A stretch of 64,000 nucleotides of DNA from Candidatus Poribacteria bacterium (GTDB taxonomy: Bacteria; Poribacteria; WGA-4E; PCPOR2b), in assembly GCA_965116925.1 (NCBI GenBank), contig OZ220744.1, forward strand, positions 2,144,001-2,208,000, written 5' to 3'. The stretch's first letter is position 1. Each line of letters opens with the position of its first letter. Of this stretch, positions 11,293 through 21,097 are shown in pieces. The notes beneath the pieces were generated by a model. The model had not been told where the DNA came from. It was given only the letters and a program-made list of their open reading frames with translations, and searched no databases. Position numbers and translations under genes: made by a program.

Positions 11293-11642
11293 TCTCTAGA
11301 CCATTTAACCTAATGTCAATCAGGGGCAAGATGGAGGCTATTGGTCGTTTTTGTATCTGCCCGAAATCGCGTAGACACGGGTTTCAGCAACCGGGCTTGC
11401 CATAGACTCGGTTGATGTTGCACGATTTTTTAACATAAACGCGAGATGTTTTTATTATCCTCCACGTTTCTGAGACAGGTGTTTACGGCTATACCGAAAT
11501 CGGCGACAATAGACTTGCCGCGTTGGATAATGTTTTCGCGGATACGCCCGTTGTTGGTACAGTTTATTTCAACGCATTCGATTTATTGGGATAATCCTCT
11601 CCTTCCTACCTCGTTCCGCCCACCGAAATCAAGAAAAACAGT

Positions 11643-11691
11643 TGTGCCAAATGGTGCAAGTCCAAACGTTCAATCTACACCATTTGGTGCG
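11643..11691 (+). promoter_or_regulatory. Pair of NtrC-like upstream activator sites
   Basis: TGTGCCAAATGGTGCA (11643-11658) and TACACCATTTGGTGCG (11676-11691), starts 33 bp apart, upstream of a sigma54 promoter. Confidence 0.65.
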
Positions 11692-11755
11692 TTCAGTTGA
11701 TTAACCGATAACAGAAGCCCCTCGTTTTCTGCGGATTTCCCTAATTACAGGACAA

Positions 11756-11771
11756 TGGCACACTAGTTGCT
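11756..11771 (+). promoter_or_regulatory. sigma54 promoter of the DUF4159 gene
   Basis: TGGCAC-ACTAG-TTGCT, exact consensus match. Confidence 0.8.
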
Positions 11772-11867
11772 CTTAGGTAACGCATCACAATGTAGACTCT
11801 TGCATTGCACCTGATGCGTAGGGTTATTCAGATTTTGAGACACAAACCATAACTTTGGAGGACAAAC

Positions 11868-13334
11868 ATGAGTGCCAAGAAGACTTCAGGGGCTGTGATG
11901 ACCTCGTTAATTGTTCACGGGATCGTCTTCGTTATCGCAGGTATCTATCTCGTTACCCAAACCCAGCAGTTCAGAGACCGGTTCGGTGCCGAAGTGCTAC
12001 AAGCCAAAGAGCCCCCCAAACCGCAAGTTCGTAAACCGGTTTTCAAAACAGTTAAGCCAACGGTTCCAACCACAAATACGATGGTTGTTAAACCAATTAA
12101 ACTTAAACACAGGGTTACAAGCGTGCGTACGACCTCCATACAGCCAGAAACGGTCCTGGACTTTTCCAATAAAGTGGTGAAGTTGGAGGATCCCATCAAC
12201 CCCAATATACCTAAAGTGGTCAACGCCAATGCGCCGGTGCCGCAATATATAACACATGCGGACTTACCTGTTTCTGACGCTCCCGGCGCACTCGCATTTT
12301 CCTCACCCGTCGCAACGGCGCCAAGTGCCGCACCCGCTAACATTGGTCGTGGTATTGGCGGTGTCGTGCAGGTGAAGGTCGCTTTTGAACGTCCGGCTGG
12401 ACTTGCTATGGTTGGACACGTTGGTGCAACCCGCGATGCCTTGGGTGATGTCACTGATAGCATTATTTTAGGTGACGCAGAAGTGCCACCACTGCCCCGT
12501 GGCGAACCCGGTGGTCGTGTCATTGGTCGTGGTGCCGATATTCGTGGCGTGTTCCGCTTCACCCGTGTCCGTCACAGTCTCTCTGACTGGTGGGCTGATG
12601 CTTCCTCGCTGAACGCGTGGACGAAGTGGATGAATGAACGGACGAAGATTAAAACAGACATGAATGTCGAGGGTGGCGCGCTCAAGTTCACCGATGCGAA
12701 CTTGCAGAAAGCACCTCTGCTTTTCATGACGGGACATGACCCAGCACTTGTCCGTGGCAAAAATCTGATGGGTCGTCAGTACGGCGGTGGTAAATTGGAC
12801 AATCGTCTGTCTGAAACTGAAGCAGCCTCACTCCGTCGGTATCTCGTTGAAAGAGGCGGCGTCCTTGCCTTTGACGACTGTGGGGTGAACGCCCCAGCAC
12901 AGGCGATGATTCGTCTGTTCCTCGCTCAGATGCGCTTTGTTATGCCTGAATATCAGGTTACACGAATTCCGAATGACCATGAGATGTACAGCAACTTCTA
13001 TGAGATGGGTGGACCGCCAGTTGGATTTGACCTGTGGTGGTGGGGAACGCACCCGCCGAAACGGAACTATCTCGAAGGAGTTATGGTTGGTGACCATATT
13101 TCCGTGTTAGTATTCCGTCGTGATTATATGTGTGCGATGGAGTCGGTGAGTTTGCCAACCCGTAGTGTCCACTATTCACCAGGTGTTTATCGTTTCATGA
13201 CCAATGTTGCAGTTTACGCATTGACACACGGCTCGATTTCTGATTACTCCGGTTATGTGCCAGAAGATACGCTGGCAAAGAAGAAACTGCCGACCAGTGC
13301 GCCAGAGGCTGTAAAGATCGGTGCCGTTGAATAA
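11868..13334 (+). CDS. Membrane-anchored protein: TonB-like N-terminal TM helix, Pro-rich linker, C-terminal DUF4159-like domain
   Basis: SLIVHG..TM helix; P/K/V-rich stalk; PLLFMTGH..LRRYLVERGGVLAFDDC..IPNDHEMY..FMTNVAVYALTH. Confidence 0.75.
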   Translation: MSAKKTSGAVMTSLIVHGIVFVIAGIYLVTQTQQFRDRFGAEVLQAKEPPKPQVRKPVFKTVKPTVPTTNTMVVKPIKLKHRVTSVRTTSIQPETVLDFSNKVVKLEDPINPNIPKVVNANAPVPQYITHADLPVSDAPGALAFSSPVATAPSAAPANIGRGIGGVVQVKVAFERPAGLAMVGHVGATRDALGDVTDSIILGDAEVPPLPRGEPGGRVIGRGADIRGVFRFTRVRHSLSDWWADASSLNAWTKWMNERTKIKTDMNVEGGALKFTDANLQKAPLLFMTGHDPALVRGKNLMGRQYGGGKLDNRLSETEAASLRRYLVERGGVLAFDDCGVNAPAQAMIRLFLAQMRFVMPEYQVTRIPNDHEMYSNFYEMGGPPVGFDLWWWGTHPPKRNYLEGVMVGDHISVLVFRRDYMCAMESVSLPTRSVHYSPGVYRFMTNVAVYALTHGSISDYSGYVPEDTLAKKKLPTSAPEAVKIGAVE

Positions 13335-13374
13335 AGCCTACTGATTTGGACAGACCTTCATATTATGTCGCATC

Positions 13375-13408
13375 AAGCAGCCAAGCCATTCGCTTGGCTG
13401 CTTTTTTT
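13375..13408 (+). terminator. Rho-independent terminator
   Basis: AAGCAGCCAAGC-CATTC-GCTTGGCTGCTT followed by a T run. Confidence 0.85.
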
Positions 13409-13618
13409 GTCTCATTTTAAGGACCTCAGGACTTACGCACTCCAGATTGTAGGGAACGCAGATCTGCGTTCCCTACGAATTACAAGGGGTGAATCGTCAT
13501 TACGAAGCATTAAGGTATTCAACCACAGAGGTCCTAGGGCTTCTAAAATGGTACCGGCTTATGACCTCCGTGAGCGAATGGACACTTTTATCCAGTCTTC
13601 CTATAGTGCCGGTCTCCA

Positions 13619-14701
13619 TTACCCCATCCGGAGGCTTCGGTCCTCCAACGGTAGATCTACCCGGACATTGCCACGGCGATGGGATTCGCGCAGTGCGATA
13701 GCAATCTCCAACGCCTCCCTACCAAATTCACCCGGACAGATTAATTCTTCGCCCGCCTCAAGCGATTTGCAAACGCCTTCGATTGCATCCACCATTGAGC
13801 TCCGTGGATACCAAGGATTGGGAAACTGACATTGGATAGGTCCACCTGTCTCTGGATGGGTACTCCGCAGTTCAAATTGGGCGTGGGCGTTGCGTGAGAC
13901 GATACGCCCCTTATTGCCGATAAATTCGAGCGTCCATGATTCCCCAGTCGTCTCGGATCGGGTATTCATGATAGCACGAACACCGTTCTCGTAGACGATA
14001 TATCCCGATCCCGCGAGGTCACTATCTGCCGCCGCACTTTCTTCATTGTCCATCACGCCGAACACCCACTTTGCTGGAGCATCGGCAAACAGGCGCAAAA
14101 GTGCAAAGGTATGGCTGTGAAGATTGGAGAGGCTGGCTGGACTGTGACAAACCATCGATCTCAATGTACCGATAGCTCCGTCAGCGATTGCTTGGCGTGC
14201 GTTTGTGTACCAGTTGTACCAGTTAAGGTGGCACGCAATAGCGAGGATGGTCCCGTGCTTGTGACAGGCATCAATCATCGCGTCCGCCTCAGCAAGGGTG
14301 CGACACATCGGCTTCGTGGCGTAGATCGCCTTTACACCTGCTTCCGCTAAACCGATAGTGACCTCTGCACGGGGTTCAGGACGGGTTGTTAGACAGACAA
14401 TGTCCGGCTGTTCCTTTTCCACCATCTCTCTATAATCTGTATAAAGGGCATCAACACCCCAGCGCCGCTTGAAATCATCTAGTTTTGCTTGATCTACATC
14501 AGCTGCGGCGATGAGGTCTACCCCTCGCGCCTCGATCATTGCCGGGGCGTGCGCCCAGGGCCAGGGGTAGTGTGGCATTCCGATATGCTCGTCGTCGATC
14601 GTGCTGCCCATCCTGCCACATCCGACAACTGCACCGCGATAGGTGTGTTTGGGTTTAGTTTCGTGGACGACACGAAATGCTTCGCCTTTGGGTTCAGCCA
14701 T
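13619..14701 (-). CDS. Gfo/Idh/MocA oxidoreductase
   Basis: VVGCGRMG, YTDYREMVEKEQPDIV, ATKPM. Confidence 0.85.
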   Translation of the reverse strand: MAEPKGEAFRVVHETKPKHTYRGAVVGCGRMGSTIDDEHIGMPHYPWPWAHAPAMIEARGVDLIAAADVDQAKLDDFKRRWGVDALYTDYREMVEKEQPDIVCLTTRPEPRAEVTIGLAEAGVKAIYATKPMCRTLAEADAMIDACHKHGTILAIACHLNWYNWYTNARQAIADGAIGTLRSMVCHSPASLSNLHSHTFALLRLFADAPAKWVFGVMDNEESAAADSDLAGSGYIVYENGVRAIMNTRSETTGESWTLEFIGNKGRIVSRNAHAQFELRSTHPETGGPIQCQFPNPWYPRSSMVDAIEGVCKSLEAGEELICPGEFGREALEIAIALRESHRRGNVRVDLPLEDRSLRMG

Positions 14702-14776
14702 GAGTTTTTCCTTTCGGTATCAGTTCTTGGAGACCGATGCGTAAAGTGTGAACCCAAAACGCGAAGTACCCATTTC

Positions 14777-15487
14777 CTACGTTTCACGGTTCACACTTGA
14801 TGCCTTCTCTGCCTCGCTTCCGTTTCCGACTTTTGCTTTCAACGCTGCGAGATCATCCTCAACGTTGCCCTTCGTCTCTAACGCTGCAAACTCATCTTCG
14901 AGGGGATCCTTCTCAAAATCAGCCATTTCAGCGGCAGCATCCGCCCTGGCTTCCATATCACCAACCTTCTGCTCCATCCGCTCAAAGGTGTCAAAGGCAC
15001 TGCTATCTTTCATACCCGCCATCGTTTCATGGATCTGTTTTTGCGCTTTAGCTCGTTTCTGGCGCGCAATCAACAGATGCTTCTTACGGTCCGCTTCACC
15101 AATTTTCAGTTCCAGTGCTTTCAGATGTTCCTTGAGTTGATCAACTGCCTGTCGCTGCTTGTCCCACTGGATCTTGTACTCATCTGCGAGTTGCTGCGCC
15201 TCATTTCGTCGTGCCAAAGCTTCTCGCGCCAAGTCGTCGCGCTCTTTCTGAACGGCGGTGGCGGCTTTATCTTCCCAACCCTTGGCTTGTTCGGCAGTTT
15301 CCTGATACTGTCTCTGAAGACGTTTTTCATCGGCAATGGCGGCAGCTACCTTCTGCTTCGTGTCGATAAGCTGCTCTTTCATTTCGATGGTAATTTGATT
15401 GAGAACCTTTTCCGGATCTTCCGCCTTGGTTAACGCTTCGTTCACATTGGCTTTGAAGATTGTGGAGATTCGACTGAAGACACTCAT
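14777..15487 (-). CDS. pspA: PspA/IM30 family protein
   Basis: MSVFSRISTIFKANVNEALTKAEDPEKVL; coiled coil; FERMEQKV; VEDDLAALKAKV. Confidence 0.92.
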   Translation of the reverse strand: MSVFSRISTIFKANVNEALTKAEDPEKVLNQITIEMKEQLIDTKQKVAAAIADEKRLQRQYQETAEQAKGWEDKAATAVQKERDDLAREALARRNEAQQLADEYKIQWDKQRQAVDQLKEHLKALELKIGEADRKKHLLIARQKRAKAQKQIHETMAGMKDSSAFDTFERMEQKVGDMEARADAAAEMADFEKDPLEDEFAALETKGNVEDDLAALKAKVGNGSEAEKASSVNRET

Positions 15488-15565
15488 TTTACTATCCCTC
15501 CGTGTTATAGGCTGCGATGTAAGTGAATTGAACCGCCGAGCGGTTCATGAAATCGCTTTTGATGA

Positions 15566-15581
15566 TGCAAGGGAATTGCCA
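15566..15581 (-). promoter_or_regulatory. sigma54 promoter of pspA
   Basis: Minus strand reads TGGCAA-TTCCC-TTGCA; pspA is classically sigma54-dependent in enterobacteria. Confidence 0.75.
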
Positions 15582-15616
15582 TTCAGTCTTGTTGAATCTA
15601 AACATACCACAGCAGC

Positions 15617-16261
15617 TTACGCTTCGTTGCTTCCAGAGGACTGTAGTTCCAACCGCCCTAGCTCAATCAGACTTTCTAAGTCCTGCATGTCTTCAGGGAC
15701 ATGTTGGGCAAATAGCATACGCACCGCATCCAATGTTGCCTCTCCGGCCTGTCCCAACATTCGGGTCACATCGGCAATATCTTGAACCCGACCCGCCCGA
15801 AGTTTTATGAGAACGAGGTACGGTAAGGGAATAATTGGTAAGCCCTGACCATCCCGGTTCGCTTGTGCATCGGCGATGGCCTCTGTCCACCATATATCGG
15901 CACCTTCTAATATGTCTATCGATTCGCCATTGGGAGTAGTCCATGATGAGCCGCCAATGCTCAACTCCCCTCGGTAGGTGAACCCTGCTTCGGCGAGTTT
16001 TCGGCGTACCTGTGAACCATCAACAGTCCGAATCACGATATCCAGATCCTGAGTCATTCGCTCTGGCATATACAATCGTGTTGCCACTGCACCGACCACT
16101 GCCCATTGAATGGGTGATAGAATTGAAGTGAGATCTGGCCACATCATTTGTGTTGTCCGTCCTCTAAGGAAGTTGAGATGGCTGCCCGTGCCCGGGGCTC
16201 GCTTCCGCTGGGCAATTTTGATCAGAATCTTCCGGGAGTGTTTGCGAATGTCGGTTTTCAT
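15617..16261 (-). CDS. Putative nucleotidyltransferase-fold protein
   Basis: WAVVGAVA...ERMTQDLDIVI (G[AG]..R.T.D.D signature); LVLIKLRAGRVQDIADV. Confidence 0.65.
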   Translation of the reverse strand: MKTDIRKHSRKILIKIAQRKRAPGTGSHLNFLRGRTTQMMWPDLTSILSPIQWAVVGAVATRLYMPERMTQDLDIVIRTVDGSQVRRKLAEAGFTYRGELSIGGSSWTTPNGESIDILEGADIWWTEAIADAQANRDGQGLPIIPLPYLVLIKLRAGRVQDIADVTRMLGQAGEATLDAVRMLFAQHVPEDMQDLESLIELGRLELQSSGSNEA

Positions 16262-16438
16262 AGCAATATCACCAATGGCACTGTTGTTGCCTGAATCTCA
16301 GATGAATGGTATTATACAACCAAATCCCGTACGTGTAAAGGGCATCTTGATTTTGGTCTAGGGTCATTATATCTAAAACCATATCAATGTTAAACGCTTG
16401 CAAAAAGGGGACAAGTGAGTTTTTTCCGAAATTTATCC

Positions 16439-16467
16439 TTGATACTTAACGTGTGTTATGGTAAAAT
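16439..16467 (+). promoter_or_regulatory. sigma70-type promoter of the ankyrin gene
   Basis: TTGATA-17bp-TAAAAT with an extended -10 TG. Confidence 0.55.
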
Positions 16468-16572
16468 AGATTGCCACATGTCGCCCCGCTGGGGCTTTGA
16501 AGGTCGGGCAAGAACACCCGGCTTACTGGAAATAGGTAGTAATTCAATTAATCACACACATGGAGGATAGAT

Positions 16573-17259
16573 ATGGCACTCGGTTCAATTCACGACGCGG
16601 CAGCCAACGGTGACTTGGATTCAGTAAAGAAAATACTTGAGCAAGATCCCGATCGGGTCAACCAAGATGATCAGTATGAATGGCGTCCGATATTTCATGC
16701 CGGATTAAGACGGCACTATGATGTTGTAAAATATCTAATAGACTGCGGTGCGGATTTGGCAGCGCACGATGGGTATGTGATCCACTATGCTGGGGAGGTG
16801 CCGAATAATAAGGAGGTCGTATCGCTGCTCATTGCGTATGGGGGATTGGATGCACATACCAAACCAGCAAGCGAAATGGCGCGCCAGTTCATATACGCTG
16901 TTTTCTTAGCCAACGTGGGGCGGGTGAACGCAATGCTTCGTGATAACTCAGAGTTAGTCGAAGAACGCTACGCCCGCGGCGATACCGCTTTGCACCATGC
17001 TGCTCGAAATGGTGACTTGGAGATTGTAAGGCAGCTAGTCAGCAGCGGTGCAGATGTCAACGCAACAACGGATCATAACCATTTTCCCTTGTACTGTGCA
17101 GCCGGTCATGGACATGTAGAAACGACACGATATCTGGTAGAAAATGGTGCGGACCTACAAGCGAAACTTGCAGATGGCAAAACAGTTACGGAATGGCTAA
17201 AACAGTATGCGGATCACGATCGTCGCTTGAAATCGACTCTCGATGTATTGGAGAAATGA
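16573..17259 (+). CDS. Ankyrin repeat protein
   Basis: GDTALHHAARNGDLEIVRQLVSSGADVNA; PLYCAAGHGHVETTRYLVENGAD. Confidence 0.92.
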   Translation: MALGSIHDAAANGDLDSVKKILEQDPDRVNQDDQYEWRPIFHAGLRRHYDVVKYLIDCGADLAAHDGYVIHYAGEVPNNKEVVSLLIAYGGLDAHTKPASEMARQFIYAVFLANVGRVNAMLRDNSELVEERYARGDTALHHAARNGDLEIVRQLVSSGADVNATTDHNHFPLYCAAGHGHVETTRYLVENGADLQAKLADGKTVTEWLKQYADHDRRLKSTLDVLEK

Positions 17260-17329
17260 TTGCCCTATAAGATCTTGGTGAACTTTGATTTTATAGATTG
17301 TTACCACAAACGCTGATCTGGGGGAAGAT

Positions 17330-18079
17330 ATGCCAGAAGAAATTGATTTACTGCATCATGCGATTGAGGTATTCGCACGCGGATTCTGTTTTACGCGCAG
17401 CTTCACGCATCCCTATCTAGCAGAACGGGTTGGGCAAATTTGGGTGGTGCGCGATGCCCCACGAAAACGTGGGCAGTACCGCAGAGAAGAATGGATAGCA
17501 CACGGGGTAACACCAGAGGAGATTGACGAGACCGCCCGCAAATACACGCGGGGTCGATTCGCTGTATGTGTGATTTACGGCATTGATGAATCCGATCAGC
17601 TGCTGCGGGCAGGTTTCAAAGCACTCAACTATAGACTTGCGGGAACAGAGCCCATCATGGTGCATGGGCTGAAACGAATCCCTCGCTTTGAGGAACCTGT
17701 GGAAATTGTACGCGTCATTACAGCGGATTTAGCAGATCGAGTGAATAAAGCGGCAAGAGCGCGCCAGATTTTACCTGAACATCTGGGGAAAGATTCGCCA
17801 TTGCGCCAATACGCTGCGCTGGTTGAGGATAAACCGGTAGGATGGGTTCGCAGCATTGATGTGGCGCAGGCGACTTGGTGCGCTGATATGTATGTGATGC
17901 CGGAGTTCCGGCGTCGTGGAATCGCTCGTGCGATGATGGCTCAAATGCTCCATGATGATCGCACGCACGGCTCGAAATTGGCAGTACTCACCGCCAGCCA
18001 CACTGGTGCTAAACTGTATCCAATCGTGGGATACAAAGAGATCGGTACGCTCATGCTGTACACCCCAAAGAAGGATTAG
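17330..18079 (+). CDS. GNAT N-acetyltransferase
   Basis: MYVMPEFRRRGIA motif A; LYPIVGY. Confidence 0.85.
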   Translation: MPEEIDLLHHAIEVFARGFCFTRSFTHPYLAERVGQIWVVRDAPRKRGQYRREEWIAHGVTPEEIDETARKYTRGRFAVCVIYGIDESDQLLRAGFKALNYRLAGTEPIMVHGLKRIPRFEEPVEIVRVITADLADRVNKAARARQILPEHLGKDSPLRQYAALVEDKPVGWVRSIDVAQATWCADMYVMPEFRRRGIARAMMAQMLHDDRTHGSKLAVLTASHTGAKLYPIVGYKEIGTLMLYTPKKD

Positions 18080-18396
18080 TGGTCAGTAACTTTGCCCGCC
18101 ATTGTTGGACTGGAACTCCCAAAACTGGTGGTACTATTAGGATCATTTAATTCTCCCATATTATTGTCTGAATCAGGGATAGACGCGGATTAACAGCTTG
18201 CACGGATAAAAGATGCTATCGACAGTTGGCACAAGAACGCGCAATGAATTGCGCTACTACAAACTGTGGGGAGACCGGCTGCGCTGCCTGCGGATTCGTA
18301 TCATCCCGAAATCGCTCAAAAAATGGAAAACTAAATAGCCTTAGTGGTACTATAAAACGAATGAAAACTGACCAACAACGAAAAGCAGGTTAAAAC

Positions 18397-18705
18397 ATGA
18401 CAGACAAGAGAACAGATGCTCAGATATTCTTTGAAGAGCAGTTGCAAGACCCAGAAGTGGCGGAATCATTCTATGAGGGACTTGATGAACTGCGAATTGC
18501 CATCCAAATTGTACAATTGCGAAAACGTCGGGGACTAACACAGACACAGTTAGCCGCAAAGATGAATACCAGCGCGCCTGTGATCAGTCGATTAGAAAAT
18601 CGCGGGAAGTGTACCATTGATACCTTAAAAAAGGTTGCAGAAGCACTGGATGCCGTTGTGCAAATTGATATAATGCCAAAAGAAAAACAAGCGACCAAAG
18701 CGTGA
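18397..18705 (+). CDS. XRE-family HTH regulator (HigA-like antitoxin)
   Basis: LRKRRGLTQTQLAAKMNTSAPVISRLEN..TIDTLKKVAEAL. Confidence 0.85.
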   Translation: MTDKRTDAQIFFEEQLQDPEVAESFYEGLDELRIAIQIVQLRKRRGLTQTQLAAKMNTSAPVISRLENRGKCTIDTLKKVAEALDAVVQIDIMPKEKQATKA

Positions 18706-18803
18706 AACGCAGATTTTTGCCAAGAGCAGCTGCGGTAGCTATTTCTCTGGAAACACCTGAAAAACAATAATGTATTTCGCCCGTTCCCATGCTCAATAGA
18801 ACA

Positions 18804-20153
18804 TTAATAGTGCAGCCACTTCCATAGCTCACCGATTGTCGGGCGTTTACCATACATCAGTATGCCGATTTTGTATATTTTTCCCATGACCAAGATTGCC
18901 CCGAAGATTGTTGCAATCATAACAGCAATATTGAGTGCAATTTCCCATAACGGTGGCGTGAGCACGTTGATTCTCATGAACATAATAAGCGGGGAGAAGA
19001 ATGGGATATGCGAAAGGACTATGGTCAACGTGGCATCTGGCGCGCGAAATAGACCGAACATCAGCATAAAAGGAAGGATCAACATCATTACCAAGGGAGT
19101 TGCAACCTGTTGTGCTTCTTCTTCGCTATTGCATATTGCGCCAGCAGCAGCATAGACGGTGGAAAAGAGAAAGAAACCTGATACAAAATAGATCAGAAAA
19201 TACAAAAATGCTGATACCCCCGCTGATTTGATAATAGCGGTGATTTCGATGAGCTCCGGTGGCAGTCCCTGTATTCCAAATAGCCCCAAAATAGGGCTGA
19301 TATTCATCAGTAACAGAACGGCGGAACCTCCCCATATTAAGAACATGGTGAGGCATACCAAACAGACACCGATGATTTTGCCAAACAGTAATTGATGGGG
19401 CTTAACAGAAGAGATAATCACTTCTACAATGCGGGTTGTTTTCTCTTCAAGCACACTTCGCATTATCATGCTACCGTATAACAGCGTGAAAAGATATAAT
19501 GAAAAAGTCAAAACGTAGGTCAGTCCTAGTTTAACCATAGCGGTCGCTTGACTCTCAACCTCGCTTGTTTCGGCATCTTCGCCCTTGTCTGTTTTGGTAG
19601 TAACAGCGTACTCTTTCAGACTAATCCGTCGCATCAGATCTCTGACTTCGTGTGCAGCATACCCTTTATCCTCAAGCCGCTTATTGGTGACAATTCGCGA
19701 AATGACCCTACTGAAAGCACCTTGTAACTCAAAGTTTGTAATATTTTTCGCGTAATAATTGACTTTGAGACGTTGAAAGACATCTTGTGGAATTTCGATA
19801 TACCCGTGGATTTCCTTTGCTTCAATCTGCTGATTCAGCTGTTTTTTTGTCTCTGCGTTGCCGTTGAAATCTGAAGGTTTTTCAATCAACTGATATACTC
19901 GCTTTCCTTTGTGATGGAAAAACGAATTCTTGTCAAGGGCGTCTTGCATTTTGGGGAAAATCTCGCCTGTTTCATCGAAAACGACAAATGTCTTGATTTC
20001 ATCGGACTTTGGCTCCCACATCACCATCAAACTGGGGAGGAGCATCACAATAAACATCATCACCGGCATCAATAGGACCGATGCCACAAACCCCTTCGTT
20101 TTAACTCGCGTTATGTATTCTCGCTTGATGACCGTAATGACCTTAGGCTGCAT
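18804..20153 (-). CDS. ABC-2 type exporter permease (NatB-like)
   Basis: KREYITRVKTKGF; SVLEEKTTRIVEVIISSV; multiple TM helices; LMYGKRP. Confidence 0.9.
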   Translation of the reverse strand: MQPKVITVIKREYITRVKTKGFVASVLLMPVMMFIVMLLPSLMVMWEPKSDEIKTFVVFDETGEIFPKMQDALDKNSFFHHKGKRVYQLIEKPSDFNGNAETKKQLNQQIEAKEIHGYIEIPQDVFQRLKVNYYAKNITNFELQGAFSRVISRIVTNKRLEDKGYAAHEVRDLMRRISLKEYAVTTKTDKGEDAETSEVESQATAMVKLGLTYVLTFSLYLFTLLYGSMIMRSVLEEKTTRIVEVIISSVKPHQLLFGKIIGVCLVCLTMFLIWGGSAVLLLMNISPILGLFGIQGLPPELIEITAIIKSAGVSAFLYFLIYFVSGFFLFSTVYAAAGAICNSEEEAQQVATPLVMMLILPFMLMFGLFRAPDATLTIVLSHIPFFSPLIMFMRINVLTPPLWEIALNIAVMIATIFGAILVMGKIYKIGILMYGKRPTIGELWKWLHY

Positions 20154-21063
20154 ATGGTTCCTCTTCTTCCCCTTTCACACTTTGGACGAATATTTCGTGA
20201 AGCGTAGGCTCCATCAGTTCAAATCGGGTAATTTCTACCGATGCCTCGACGAGTTCCCGCAAGAGTGCACTATGATATTCTGGAGCGCGTAGTCTGACTT
20301 CTACATATTGACCGAAGTCGTTACATCTGTCGACAAATCGGGAGTTTCTGATTAGATTAATGTCTCCTGAATACTCGATCTCCACGGAGCCTCTGCCGAA
20401 GGATTTTTTGATTTCCCTCAAATCCCCCTCAAGCACAATTGTGCCGGCGTTTATTAGACAGATTTTTTCGCACAATCTCTCAGCCTGCTCCATAATGTGT
20501 GTAGAGAATATGATAGTCGCTCCATCGGTGTTCAGTTCAAGCATCAGATCTTTCAGCAGCGTCATATTGATAGGGTCTAGGCCGGAGAAGGGCTCATCAA
20601 GGATGATTAACTCAGGTTTGTGGATGACCGTGGCGATAAATTGGATCTTCTGCGCCATGCCCTTCGATAGATCTTCGATCTTCTTATTTTCCCACTCGAC
20701 CAGATCCATCTTCTGCAGCCAGCGATCTATTTCAGCGGAAGCGTCTGCACGGCTCATCCCTCTTAATTCTGCCATAAAGAGTATTACATCTTTCACCTTC
20801 ATTTTTCGATAAAGCCCCCGCTCTTCCGGCAGATAGCCAATCTGATCCGCAAAATCCCCACTCTGCTGGTTTCCGCTGAAGGTAATCTTTCCTGCATCCG
20901 GCGCAATGATATCCATAATCATGCGGATGGTGGTCGTTTTACCGGCACCGTTGGGTCCCAGTAAGCCGTACACGTCTCCTTTTTCAATGTTAAAGGAGAC
21001 GTTGTCAACGGCTTTGAATTCCCCAAAGTACTTACTGATGTTTTCAACCTGAACTATATTCAT
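20143..21063 (-). CDS. ABC exporter ATP-binding protein (NatA-like)
   Basis: GPNGAGKTT, LSKGMAQK, ILDEPFSGLD; start may be 21063 or 21105. Confidence 0.92.
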   Translation of the reverse strand: MNIVQVENISKYFGEFKAVDNVSFNIEKGDVYGLLGPNGAGKTTTIRMIMDIIAPDAGKITFSGNQQSGDFADQIGYLPEERGLYRKMKVKDVILFMAELRGMSRADASAEIDRWLQKMDLVEWENKKIEDLSKGMAQKIQFIATVIHKPELIILDEPFSGLDPINMTLLKDLMLELNTDGATIIFSTHIMEQAERLCEKICLINAGTIVLEGDLREIKKSFGRGSVEIEYSGDINLIRNSRFVDRCNDFGQYVEVRLRAPEYHSALLRELVEASVEITRFELMEPTLHEIFVQSVKGEEEEPYAA

Positions 21064-21097
21064 ACTGGAGCTCCCGTTGTTATAAACCAATTTCGAG

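Noticed and set aside
11430..11570. Minus-strand peptide SIVADFGIA resembling a kinase DFG motif
   Set aside because: Short frame with no other kinase motifs; most likely chance
13365..13829. 154-aa plus-strand ORF after the DUF4159 gene
   Set aside because: It spans a terminator, a REP palindrome and the antisense end of the next gene
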